Positions 6,575-14,223 of a DNA stretch of 14,305 nucleotides are shown piece by piece. The notes beneath the pieces were generated by a model that was not told where the DNA came from, searched no databases, and saw only the letters and a list, made by a program, of their open reading frames with translations. Source of the stretch: Bdellovibrionota bacterium (GTDB taxonomy: Bacteria; Bdellovibrionota_C; UBA2361; JBGSMV01); contig JBIKWF010000113.1 in the NCBI GenBank assembly GCA_044356455.1, positions 1 to 14,305 of the forward strand. The letters are read 5' to 3'. The translations under genes were made by a program, and so were the position numbers. Within the stretch, counting starts at the first letter, position 1; every line of letters begins with the position of its first letter.

Positions 6575-8686
6575 ATGATGCGTATTGAAGTCATCGTACC
6601 AGTCTATAACGCCCTCACTGAGACCGAGCGCTGCCTCGATACGGTCATGCGCCACTCCTTCGATGACTCTGAGTCTCAAGTACAGGTGGTGGTTATCAAC
6701 GATGCAAGTGATGGGGTAACCACTGCCTACTTACGCGAGTTTTCAAGGCGCTATCCGCAAAGTGTACTTCTTGAGAACGAAAATAATCTGGGGTTCCTTG
6801 GTACCGCCAACCTTGGCCTTACCTACAGAAGTAAGGAGCAGGACCGAGCTCACGTTAAAATTCTTCTTAATAGCGACACGGCGGTGTTCCCGGGATGGAT
6901 TGCTGCTTTCAGGCGCTGCTTTGAATCAGACCCGCGTATAGGGCTAGCTACAGCGGTTTCGAATAATGCTGAGGGGCTTAGTGCTCCGATACCTGAGGGC
7001 TGGTGCGCTGAGAGGGTCGCAAGCGAACTACCAAAGATTCTGGCACAGATCCTAGGCGTTTCCTCTTCGGTGCGGCGCTTAGGACCCCCTGCCCGCTACC
7101 CCGATATCACCACGGCGATTGGTTTTTGTATGGGGGTGCGGACAGAGGCACTAGATACCGTGGGCGTTTTTGACCCGGCCTTTGCTCCTGGTTACGGAGA
7201 GGAAACAGATCTGCACTTTCGTATGTTAGCGGGCGGCTTTCGGTCTGTTCTTGTGACGGATTGTTTTGTGTACCACCAAGGGCACGCCAGCTTTTCTGAA
7301 AAGAAAATGGCTCTGGTGACGAAAAACCGTAAGTTATTTGAGCAGCGCTGGGGCGGAATTTATCGCAATGAACTTCGGCATAATGAGCTCATCCCCGCAC
7401 TCGAAGAGGTAAAGAAGGCGCTTATGGAATCTAAAGAAATACCCGCTTTTGATGTGCTTTTTATTCTTCCTACGGCTAAGCCCTTTGGCGGAGTCATTGT
7501 TGTTTTTGAGACCTGCAATAGGCTCGTGCGTCAGGGCGTTAAGGCGGGAGTAATTGTGGTGGGACCACGCGAGTCGGTGAGTATGCCACTTGAATTTTCG
7601 CCTATCTTTGTTGACCCGGCAGCTTTTGAGAAGCTCGGCGTGCGCTCAAAGACCTATGTTGCAACGCATTACGAGACCTGCCAGTACGCGGTTCTCGCGC
7701 ATTCTTTAGATCCTTCCTCTACGCTTGCTTATCTGGTGCAGGGGTATGAGGGCTGGTTCCCGGGGGCGACCATAGACGAAGTGTTAGAGACGTATGCGGC
7801 AATCCCGAACCGAATTGTAGTTTCCTCCTGGCTTGGTGAGATGCTTAAGCGCTGGGGATTCACTTCGACGGTAATTCCCAATGGTATCGACACTGGTTTT
7901 TTCTACCCGGCTCCCGCGAGGAGCGCGGGGCCCGTGAGGATTCTCACGCTCCTTCGAGACGATCCTCAGGGCGCATTTCGAATTGCTGCCGAGGTCCTTA
8001 CGAGAATAAAGAGCAAGTATCCTCATGCAGAGATAATAGGTGTTGGTAATTTAGTAGAGCGGCCTGAATTTTCTTCGTTTCTCTCAGAAAAGCATGTGGT
8101 CGCAGATCGCAAGGGCATGCGCGACCTGTACCATAAGTCTGATATCTTTATTGACTGCTCTATGGTGCAGGGCTTTGGACTGATGGGACTTGAGGCTATG
8201 GCGTGCGGAGTAGCCGCGGTTCTTAGTTCCACCGGCGGGGTGCGAGAATATGCCAATGACAGTAATGCGCTGTTTTTTACCCTGGGAAATGTCGAAGAAG
8301 CGTTTGCCGCTCTCGATAAGCTGATTACCAATCAAGAACTGAGGCGCGCCCTTCAGGCAGAGGGTGTTAAAGCCGCCCAGCGCCATACTTGGGATGCGAT
8401 AATTCCGCGCTACGCCAGTTATTTTGCGGGTCCTCTCTCTCCCATGACGGTCGAAAATTATGGCGCGATGTATCGCTTTTTGCATGACCGGCATGTGCAT
8501 AGAAGCGCTACCGTTCTTGGTCAGAGCATCTCAGGAGCGCGGAGAAGTTTTGTAGGCCGGGCAGTGAAAGCAGGCATTCGCCTGAGTGATAGCCTTGGAA
8601 TTCGCCCGTTAGTAGAGCAGCTTGTGAGGCGCTTTCTTCCGCCACAGACGGTGCAGGCGCTAAGGGAGAGGAAGCAGTCGGTGTGA
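6575..8686 (+). CDS. Two-domain glycosyltransferase: N-terminal GT2 + C-terminal GT4 (GT-B)
   Basis: GT2: VIVPVYNA, INDAS, NLGFLGTANLG, LLNSDT, FDPAFAPGYGEETDL. GT-B: ATHYET, YLVQGYEGWF, VIPNGID, QGFGLMGLEAMACG. Confidence 0.9.
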   Translation: MMRIEVIVPVYNALTETERCLDTVMRHSFDDSESQVQVVVINDASDGVTTAYLREFSRRYPQSVLLENENNLGFLGTANLGLTYRSKEQDRAHVKILLNSDTAVFPGWIAAFRRCFESDPRIGLATAVSNNAEGLSAPIPEGWCAERVASELPKILAQILGVSSSVRRLGPPARYPDITTAIGFCMGVRTEALDTVGVFDPAFAPGYGEETDLHFRMLAGGFRSVLVTDCFVYHQGHASFSEKKMALVTKNRKLFEQRWGGIYRNELRHNELIPALEEVKKALMESKEIPAFDVLFILPTAKPFGGVIVVFETCNRLVRQGVKAGVIVVGPRESVSMPLEFSPIFVDPAAFEKLGVRSKTYVATHYETCQYAVLAHSLDPSSTLAYLVQGYEGWFPGATIDEVLETYAAIPNRIVVSSWLGEMLKRWGFTSTVIPNGIDTGFFYPAPARSAGPVRILTLLRDDPQGAFRIAAEVLTRIKSKYPHAEIIGVGNLVERPEFSSFLSEKHVVADRKGMRDLYHKSDIFIDCSMVQGFGLMGLEAMACGVAAVLSSTGGVREYANDSNALFFTLGNVEEAFAALDKLITNQELRRALQAEGVKAAQRHTWDAIIPRYASYFAGPLSPMTVENYGAMYRFLHDRHVHRSATVLGQSISGARRSFVGRAVKAGIRLSDSLGIRPLVEQLVRRFLPPQTVQALRERKQSV

Positions 8687-8690
8687 TTTG

Positions 8691-8810
8691 GTAGGGCGCC
8701 GCGTCCTCGCGGTGCGGCAAGATCTCCCGACCCGGCGCCCTTTTGGCCGTGACGTATCAATAGGTGGCAATACCAAGATCTTGCGGCGCCCTAGGGACAG
8801 GGCGCCCTAC
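8691..8810. repeat. REP doublet (REPIN-like), 120 bp
   Basis: GTAG GGCGCCGCG TCCT CGCGGTGCG at 8691-8716 and an inverted REP GGCGCCCTAGGGACAGGGCGCC CTAC at 8785-8810; lies between convergent genes. Confidence 0.85.
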
Positions 8811-8835
8811 CTACGCCGCAAAAGCCTGCTGCGGC

Positions 8836-9612
8836 TCACGCCGCAAGATTATGCTTCGAGAAAGTGTTGTTACTTCCCGCCGCGGGAGTTTTCCCTTGAG
8901 CTGCGCTTTCGGTAACCGAGTGCGTGCGAAAAAAATTGTATTTGATGATGGCGTAAATGGCTCGAAAGCCGTCTCTCCAACCTATCTTCTTGCCTTCGGC
9001 ATACGTCCGGCCGTAGTAGGAAATCCCTACCTCGTAGATTCTCCAGCCGCCACGCGCGACTTTGGCGGTAATCTCCGGTTCGAAACCAAAGCGGTTCTCT
9101 TCTACATCAATCGATTGGATAACCTCACGGCGGAAGAGCTTATAGCAGGTCTCCATGTCAGTAAGGTTGATATTGGTAGCCATGTTGGAAAGAAGCGTGA
9201 GAACGGTATTCCCAACATAGTGCCAAAAATAAACCACGCGGTGCGGCTGTCCGCCCAAAAAGCGCGAACCAAAAACCACATCGGCTCTATTCTTGAGGAT
9301 TGGCTCCATCAAGGTTGGATATTCTTGGGGGTCGTACTCAAGGTCGGCGTCCTGAACGATAACCACATCGCCCGTGGCTTCCTTAAAGCCTGTTCGAAGC
9401 GCCGCGCCTTTGCCTTGATTCACCTCGTGGTACACCACTTTGGTGACCTGAGAGGCAATAGAGGACTTAAGGATGTCTCGTGTGCCGTCGGTCGAGCAGT
9501 CATCGACAACGATGATCTCCATATCCGCAACGGGCGCTGCCTTCACGGCGGTAACGATGTCCTGAATGGTGTGACGCTCGTTGTAACACGGGATAACAAT
9601 GGAAAGTTTCAC
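8836..9612 (-). CDS. GT2 glycosyltransferase, DPM1-like (polyprenol-phosphate glycosyltransferase type)
   Basis: [81 protein letters not shown] start at 9612 preceded by GGAGGAG (ORF track 9633). Confidence 0.92.
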   Translation of the reverse strand: MKLSIVIPCYNERHTIQDIVTAVKAAPVADMEIIVVDDCSTDGTRDILKSSIASQVTKVVYHEVNQGKGAALRTGFKEATGDVVIVQDADLEYDPQEYPTLMEPILKNRADVVFGSRFLGGQPHRVVYFWHYVGNTVLTLLSNMATNINLTDMETCYKLFRREVIQSIDVEENRFGFEPEITAKVARGGWRIYEVGISYYGRTYAEGKKIGWRDGFRAIYAIIKYNFFRTHSVTESAAQGKTPAAGSNNTFSKHNLAA

Positions 9613-9699
9613 GAGACTCCTCCGAGAATTCAAAGCTAATGCGCGTACTTACGATCGATAGAACGGGACTCTTGGTTTGTAAAGCGATACAAGGGCAAC

Positions 9700-11196
9700 T
9701 TAAAGCCCACCCTCCACGCCGCCACCTTTAAGCGGTGAGCCAAGGCGCAGTTTAAAGAAGGCAGCTACTGTCATCTTAAGAAGACGCCAGCCATCTCTAA
9801 AGCGCCTTATATTGGTGCTTCCATACGTGCGGGCTCGGTAGCGAACCGGCACGTCCACTATTCCAAGCGTAAGCACGGCAGCCGGGAACAGGAGCTCAAA
9901 GTCCCCAAAAGGGTCAAAATCCCCAAAATCTTGGCGCCACTTTGTCATGCGGAGATAGTCATGCCGGGAGACGAGCTTGGTCCCGCAGAGCGAGTCTCCA
10001 ATTCTGGTTCCCATCACAATACTGAGTGACTTGGCAAAAAAGACATTTCCGAGGCGGTTTAGAAAGCGCATGGCCTCGCCTTCCATAGGATACACAAGCC
10101 GACTGCCGTTCACGAAATCAGAGAGCCCCGTTCGATAAACATCATAAAAGCGGCCAAGAAGTTCAGGTGGCATGGTAAGGTCCGCGTCGAGGATCGTTAA
10201 TAAATCCCCGGTTGCCTGTCCAAAGCCAAGGCGCACTGCGTCGGCCTTACCCTTACCTGTTTGCTGTAGGCATTTGATTGAGAATCTATCGGAGTACAGA
10301 GAGGCGACGCGCTGAATCTCTTCCCACGTACCATCTTGGGAATGCCCCTCCACAAAAACAATTTCAAGCTTGGCGCCCAGGTTTGGCATGCGCTGCAGTG
10401 CCGCTTCGATGTTCCCCTTCTCGTTGCGTGCAGGAATGATGATGGAGAGGCTTGGAGGAGCTTTCGAGGCGATAACAGGGCGCAGGACCACCACGGAAGC
10501 AAAGGAAAGTCTACCCAAAACGGGAACAAGTGGCAGCGCGCGATTGATCAGATCTCCCAGGCCGCCCAGGCGCCACGGGAAAAAAGCCACGGGGCGTAGG
10601 CCCACAAGTTCAAAACCAGAGATCTTTGCGATGTTATCAATATCAGTTCGGGTAACAAAGGTCTGAGGGGCAGCGCCCTTTCGAATTCCACACATGTTTG
10701 CAAGTGTGTAGAGGCCTTTAAGATAGGGGTTATAGGCCACCAGGACTACGCGCGCCGTTCTCGCCAGCCGCACACGAAGCCGCCTAAGCGTCGATTGAAT
10801 ATCAAGATCGTGGTTAAGGTTACCGTTGAGCAGTACTACGGTACGCTCTTCACTCTCCTCCGTAAGATCGGGAAAGTGATTAAGATCCGCAGTAACGCCG
10901 CGCTGGGGGCAGTCAATAGAGCGAAACAATGCCCCTGAATCATTCGGCAGTGGCTCAACCTGGATGAGCTTATCAAAGTAGCGCGAGAAGCGGCTCACCT
11001 CTGCTCCAATTAAGGCGTTCACGTAACGCCGCCAGGAGGCAATCTGGGACCCTGGGATAAATGACGCAGCGGTGGCTTGTATGCTCTCGGTTGAGTGAAG
11101 CTTAATCACGGGGGCACCATCCTCTGAATGCATAGTTGCGCGCGGCTGCAAATCACTAACTGAAAACTGCGGGTCAGAAATTTGAGGTGCTGACAT
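9700..11196 (-). CDS. GT2 glycosyltransferase with N-terminal degenerate methyltransferase-like domain
   Basis: C-terminal GT2: SIIIPARNEKGNI, VEGHSQDGT, GKGKADAVRLGF, ILDADLTMPPE, NGSRLVYPME, DSLCGTK, DFDPFGDFELLF. Start uncertain (ATG 11196 chosen; ORF track 11307). Confidence 0.85.
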   Translation of the reverse strand: MSAPQISDPQFSVSDLQPRATMHSEDGAPVIKLHSTESIQATAASFIPGSQIASWRRYVNALIGAEVSRFSRYFDKLIQVEPLPNDSGALFRSIDCPQRGVTADLNHFPDLTEESEERTVVLLNGNLNHDLDIQSTLRRLRVRLARTARVVLVAYNPYLKGLYTLANMCGIRKGAAPQTFVTRTDIDNIAKISGFELVGLRPVAFFPWRLGGLGDLINRALPLVPVLGRLSFASVVVLRPVIASKAPPSLSIIIPARNEKGNIEAALQRMPNLGAKLEIVFVEGHSQDGTWEEIQRVASLYSDRFSIKCLQQTGKGKADAVRLGFGQATGDLLTILDADLTMPPELLGRFYDVYRTGLSDFVNGSRLVYPMEGEAMRFLNRLGNVFFAKSLSIVMGTRIGDSLCGTKLVSRHDYLRMTKWRQDFGDFDPFGDFELLFPAAVLTLGIVDVPVRYRARTYGSTNIRRFRDGWRLLKMTVAAFFKLRLGSPLKGGGVEGGL

Positions 11197-11489
11197 ACTT
11201 CTTATCCAAATGAGCGCGTAATGCCGGATCCAAAGCCGATAGTTCCGGCGATAATTTCGCAGAACTTTGAGTCCCCGCACTTCCACATAGACCGCAGATT
11301 GAGTCAACCCTCAGAACAGCGCCCACAACCCCAGAATTTTTGTACTTCTTTCAGTGGGTTGAAGAGGGTTATGTGCCATGCACAAGGGGACATGTTTGAG
11401 CAGGCGCCGGTCCGAAGCTCGCGGCGAAGATAGCGCGAGCTGCTTCCCGCCACCTGAGTCGGCAAAACTTAGTTTCGAAATCTAGGCTA

Positions 11490-11505
11490 AGGCTATGATT
11501 TTGCT
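11490..11505 (+). promoter_or_regulatory. Candidate sigma-54 (-24/-12) promoter upstream of fcl
   Basis: AGGCTATGATTTTGCT has exact GG-N10-GC spacing and a TTGCT -12 box; the -24 box deviates from TGGCAC. Confidence 0.3.
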
Positions 11506-11680
11506 GCATAGTGCGCTAGGAAGAGACTCATAGCTTTGAGGAGGCAGTGTCTCTCTCGACCCCTTTTGTTTGTTCGTTAGGACTCCGGTTTGCTATTGGT
11601 TTCAGGTCTTAGTCTCTGGGCCCAGTTTCTGAAGCGGTCGTCGTAGTCGGTTCAAGTGGCTCGGTTTAAGTGGCATAGAT

Positions 11681-12619
11681 ATGCGAAAAGACGGAAACAT
11701 TTTTGTCGCGGGTCACCGCGGTCTCGTGGGTTCTGCGGTGGTGAGGGCCCTTGGCCGTAAGGGCTTCACTAATGTCCTGCTCAAATCTAGAGCTGAGCTT
11801 GATCTTCTCGACCATGGCGCAGTTGAAACCTTCTTTTCTAAGAACAAAATTGATTACGTTATCCTTGCCGCAGCGAAAGTCGGCGGGATTCTTTTTAACA
11901 ATAAGTACCAAGCTGATTTTCTTTACGAGAACCTCGTGATTTCAGCCAACGTCATTCATGCTTCAGCCCAGCATGGCGTCGAGAAACTTCTGTATCTTGG
12001 AAGTTCCTGCATTTATCCAAAACACGCTCCTCAGCCTATCTCGGAAGATTCTCTGCTCACGGGTCCTCTTGAACCCACGAATGAAGGGTATGCGCTTGCA
12101 AAAATTGCTGGCCTCAAGCTCTGCGAGAAATATCAACTTCAGTATGGGAAGCATTTTATTTCCGCGATGCCCACGAACCTCTATGGTGAGGGCGATAACT
12201 TTCATCCTGAGCATTCCCACGTTATCCCTGGAATGATGCGTAGGTTCCATCAGGCCAAGGTTGAGGGGCGCGATAAGGTGGTGATTTGGGGCTCTGGGAA
12301 GCCTTTACGTGAGTTCCTCTATGTCGATGACCTTGCCGAGGCGCTGCTTCTTCTTATGGAGAAGTATGAAGCCCCTCAAACAATCAACGTAGGAACTGGC
12401 GAAGACTGCTCAATTCTTCAGCTCGCAACCATGATGAAGGAAGTGGTTGGCTTCCCCGGGGCGATTGAGCTCGATACCTCCAAGCCAGATGGAACTATGC
12501 GTAAAGTGCTTAATGTAAATCGCATGAAGGCTCTCGGTTGGTCGCCAAAGTATACCCTGCTTGATGGGCTTAAGAAGACCTATCATTGGGCCCTTGAGAA
12601 TCGTAAGTTTGAGAATTAG
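11681..12619 (+). CDS. fcl: GDP-L-fucose synthase (GDP-4-keto-6-deoxy-D-mannose epimerase/reductase)
   Basis: FVAGHRGLVGSA, AAAKVGGI, LGSSCIYPK, LEPTNEGYALAKIAG, MPTNLYG, SHVIPG, WGSGKPLREFLYVDD, KPDGT. Confidence 0.97.
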   Translation: MRKDGNIFVAGHRGLVGSAVVRALGRKGFTNVLLKSRAELDLLDHGAVETFFSKNKIDYVILAAAKVGGILFNNKYQADFLYENLVISANVIHASAQHGVEKLLYLGSSCIYPKHAPQPISEDSLLTGPLEPTNEGYALAKIAGLKLCEKYQLQYGKHFISAMPTNLYGEGDNFHPEHSHVIPGMMRRFHQAKVEGRDKVVIWGSGKPLREFLYVDDLAEALLLLMEKYEAPQTINVGTGEDCSILQLATMMKEVVGFPGAIELDTSKPDGTMRKVLNVNRMKALGWSPKYTLLDGLKKTYHWALENRKFEN

Positions 12620-12791
12620 GGAAACTCTAAAAAAGTCAGCTCTGTGAACTCTGTGCCCTCTGTGGTTGAATTAAATTGTTGAAAACCACAGAGGACACAG
12701 AGGACACAGAGGACACAGAGGACACAGAGGACACAGAGGACACAGAGAGCACAGAGAGAAAAATAAAATAGCGAGGTTTTTCCAAGGTTCC
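12620..12791. mobile_element. MITE-like element copy 3 (172 bp) with expanded 9-bp repeat
   Basis: TIRs GGAAACTCTAAAAAA / TTTTTCCAAGGTTCC (11/15); TTAG at 12616-12619 (includes the fcl TAG stop) and 12792-12795. Interior nearly identical to copy 1 apart from the repeat expansion. Confidence 0.82.
12685..12756. repeat. 9-bp tandem repeat, 8 units (6 exact GACACAGAG at 12694-12747)
   Basis: ACCACAGAG (GACACAGAG)x6 AGCACAGAG, read directly from the sequence. Confidence 0.97.
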
Positions 12792-12935
12792 TTAGGATTA
12801 CTCCGGATTGAAGGAAGCTGAATGTAGTCCCTTTTAAGGGATCGGCAGTCATAGAGGAGCCTTAGATCCTTTGAGGGCCACAACTAAAATTATTTTGAGA
12901 GAGCCGTTTTGCAGAATTCGAATCAGAAGATTGCG

Positions 12936-13946
12936 ATGCGCGTCCCGGGTCTTGTCCCGCGCACTCATACTCCGCGTAGCTTGTCAGTCGTGGTGCCTTG
13001 TTATAACGAGGAAGAGGTCTTGGCGGAGCTTCGCAAACGCCTCGTTGAGGCACTGACGAAACTCGGAATTCCATTTGAAATTATTCTCGTGGATGACGGC
13101 AGCAAGGACCGTAGCTGGGAGATCATGACCCAGATCCAATCTGAGGACTCGCATTTTAAGGTGATTAGGTTAAGCCGAAATCACGGCCACCAACTTGCGC
13201 TTAGCTGCGGACTTGACCAAGCGAGGGGCGAAGTGACCGTGATTATGGATGCGGATCTACAGGATCCCCCAGAACTTCTTCCCGAAATGCTTTCGAAATG
13301 GCGTGAGGGCTATGATGTCGTGTACGGGAAACGTAGGCAGCGCCGTGGTGAGCCCGTTTCAAAAAAGATTTTTGCCTTTTTCTTCTATCGCACCTTCCGC
13401 AAGCTCACGGGTTTTGAGCTTCCGAGTGACACTGGCGATTTTCGTTTGATGGACCAGCGCGCCCTTAGTGCCTTTAGGCTTCTTCGTGAGCGGCACCGTT
13501 TTATTCGCGGCATGGTTTCTTGGATTGGTTACCATCAGACGCCCGTTTTCTATGATCGCCCCGAAAGATTTGCAGGGACCACGAAATATCCTTTTCGAAA
13601 ATCTCTGTTTCTTGCAATTGATGCCATCACCTCTTTTTCATTTGCCCCGCTTAGGCTTGCCTCTTACCTCGGCGTGTTGTTCTCCGCCCTGGCCTTTCTT
13701 TATATCTTTCTTATCTTGGGACTGTTCCTCGCCGGTAAAAACCTGCCTGGTTATACCTCGCACATGGCCACGATTCTGCTCCTTGGCGGCGTGCAGCTTA
13801 CGGTGCTTGGGATTATGGGCGAGTACGTGGGGCGTATCTTTGAGCAAGGGCAGCGGCGGCCTATGTATCTGGTTGACCAGATCTATGGAGAGCCACTTAG
13901 TGCTGAGCCGCCACCGCAAGAGCCGGTTGCTGGTAAGGCTAGCTAG
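12936..13946 (+). CDS. GT2 glycosyltransferase, GtrB/ArnC-like (polyprenol-phosphate glycosyltransferase with two C-terminal TM helices)
   Basis: LSVVVPCYNEE, VDDGSKD, LSRNHGHQLAL, MDADLQDPPE, GYDVVYG, DTGDFRLMD, RFAGTTKY, AITSFS, two TM segments, GIMGEYVGRIF. ATG 12936 chosen (ORF track 12909). Confidence 0.93.
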   Translation: MRVPGLVPRTHTPRSLSVVVPCYNEEEVLAELRKRLVEALTKLGIPFEIILVDDGSKDRSWEIMTQIQSEDSHFKVIRLSRNHGHQLALSCGLDQARGEVTVIMDADLQDPPELLPEMLSKWREGYDVVYGKRRQRRGEPVSKKIFAFFFYRTFRKLTGFELPSDTGDFRLMDQRALSAFRLLRERHRFIRGMVSWIGYHQTPVFYDRPERFAGTTKYPFRKSLFLAIDAITSFSFAPLRLASYLGVLFSALAFLYIFLILGLFLAGKNLPGYTSHMATILLLGGVQLTVLGIMGEYVGRIFEQGQRRPMYLVDQIYGEPLSAEPPPQEPVAGKAS

Positions 13947-13992
13947 CTAGTGAGGTGATTTGCAAATCCTCCAAATAATTGTGGTGCTATTT

Positions 13993-14064
13993 TAACGCGA
14001 AGGACACGAAGGTCGCGAAGGTAACCATTCGAATCCCTTCGCGACCTTCGTGTCCTTCGCGTTA
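13993..14064. repeat. Perfect 29-bp inverted repeat built of 9-bp units, 14-nt loop
   Basis: TAACGCGAAGGACACGAAGGTCGCGAAGG (13993-14021) is the exact reverse complement of 14036-14064. Confidence 0.95.
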
Positions 14065-14103
14065 CTTAGGTTTTTCACAGAACTTCTAAATATACGACAC
14101 CAG

Positions 14104-14223
14104 GTAGGGCGCCCTGTCCTCAGGGCGCCGAAAGATGAGTGTGCGCCATCTGCCGAATCTTAAAAACCCACGGATGTGCCGGCATGGGAGATCCTGCGGC
14201 GCTGTGAGGACACAGCGCCCTAC
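14104..14223. repeat. REP doublet (REPIN-like), 120 bp
   Basis: GTAG GGCGCCCTG TCCT CAGGGCGCC at 14104-14129 and inverted GGCGCTGTG AGGA CACAGCGCC CTAC at 14198-14223; both are perfect 9-bp stems. Confidence 0.88.

Noticed and set aside
8811..8846. Short duplication ACGCCGCAA and a GCCGCA/TGCGGC hairpin at the GT2 stop, as a terminator or target duplication
   Set aside because: Too short to distinguish from chance in GC-rich DNA, and there is no proper U-tract.
8764..9639. 291-aa + strand ORF
   Set aside because: Antisense shadow of the well-supported DPM1-like GT2; starts inside a REP doublet and has no recognisable motifs.
11521..11580. Possible riboswitch or attenuator in the fcl leader (AGAGAC/GTCTCT stem followed by a T-rich tract)
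   Set aside because: Only a 6-bp stem with a long loop, separated from the T tract; no recognisable aptamer. An Rfam/Infernal search would be needed.
12685..12756. Possible CRISPR array
   Set aside because: 9-bp head-to-tail units with no spacers, and no cas genes in the window.
12616..12883. Minus-strand ORFs with LCVLCV / LCPLCP repeats (78 and 70 aa)
   Set aside because: Translations of the 9-bp DNA repeat inside the MITE; not credible Cys-rich proteins.
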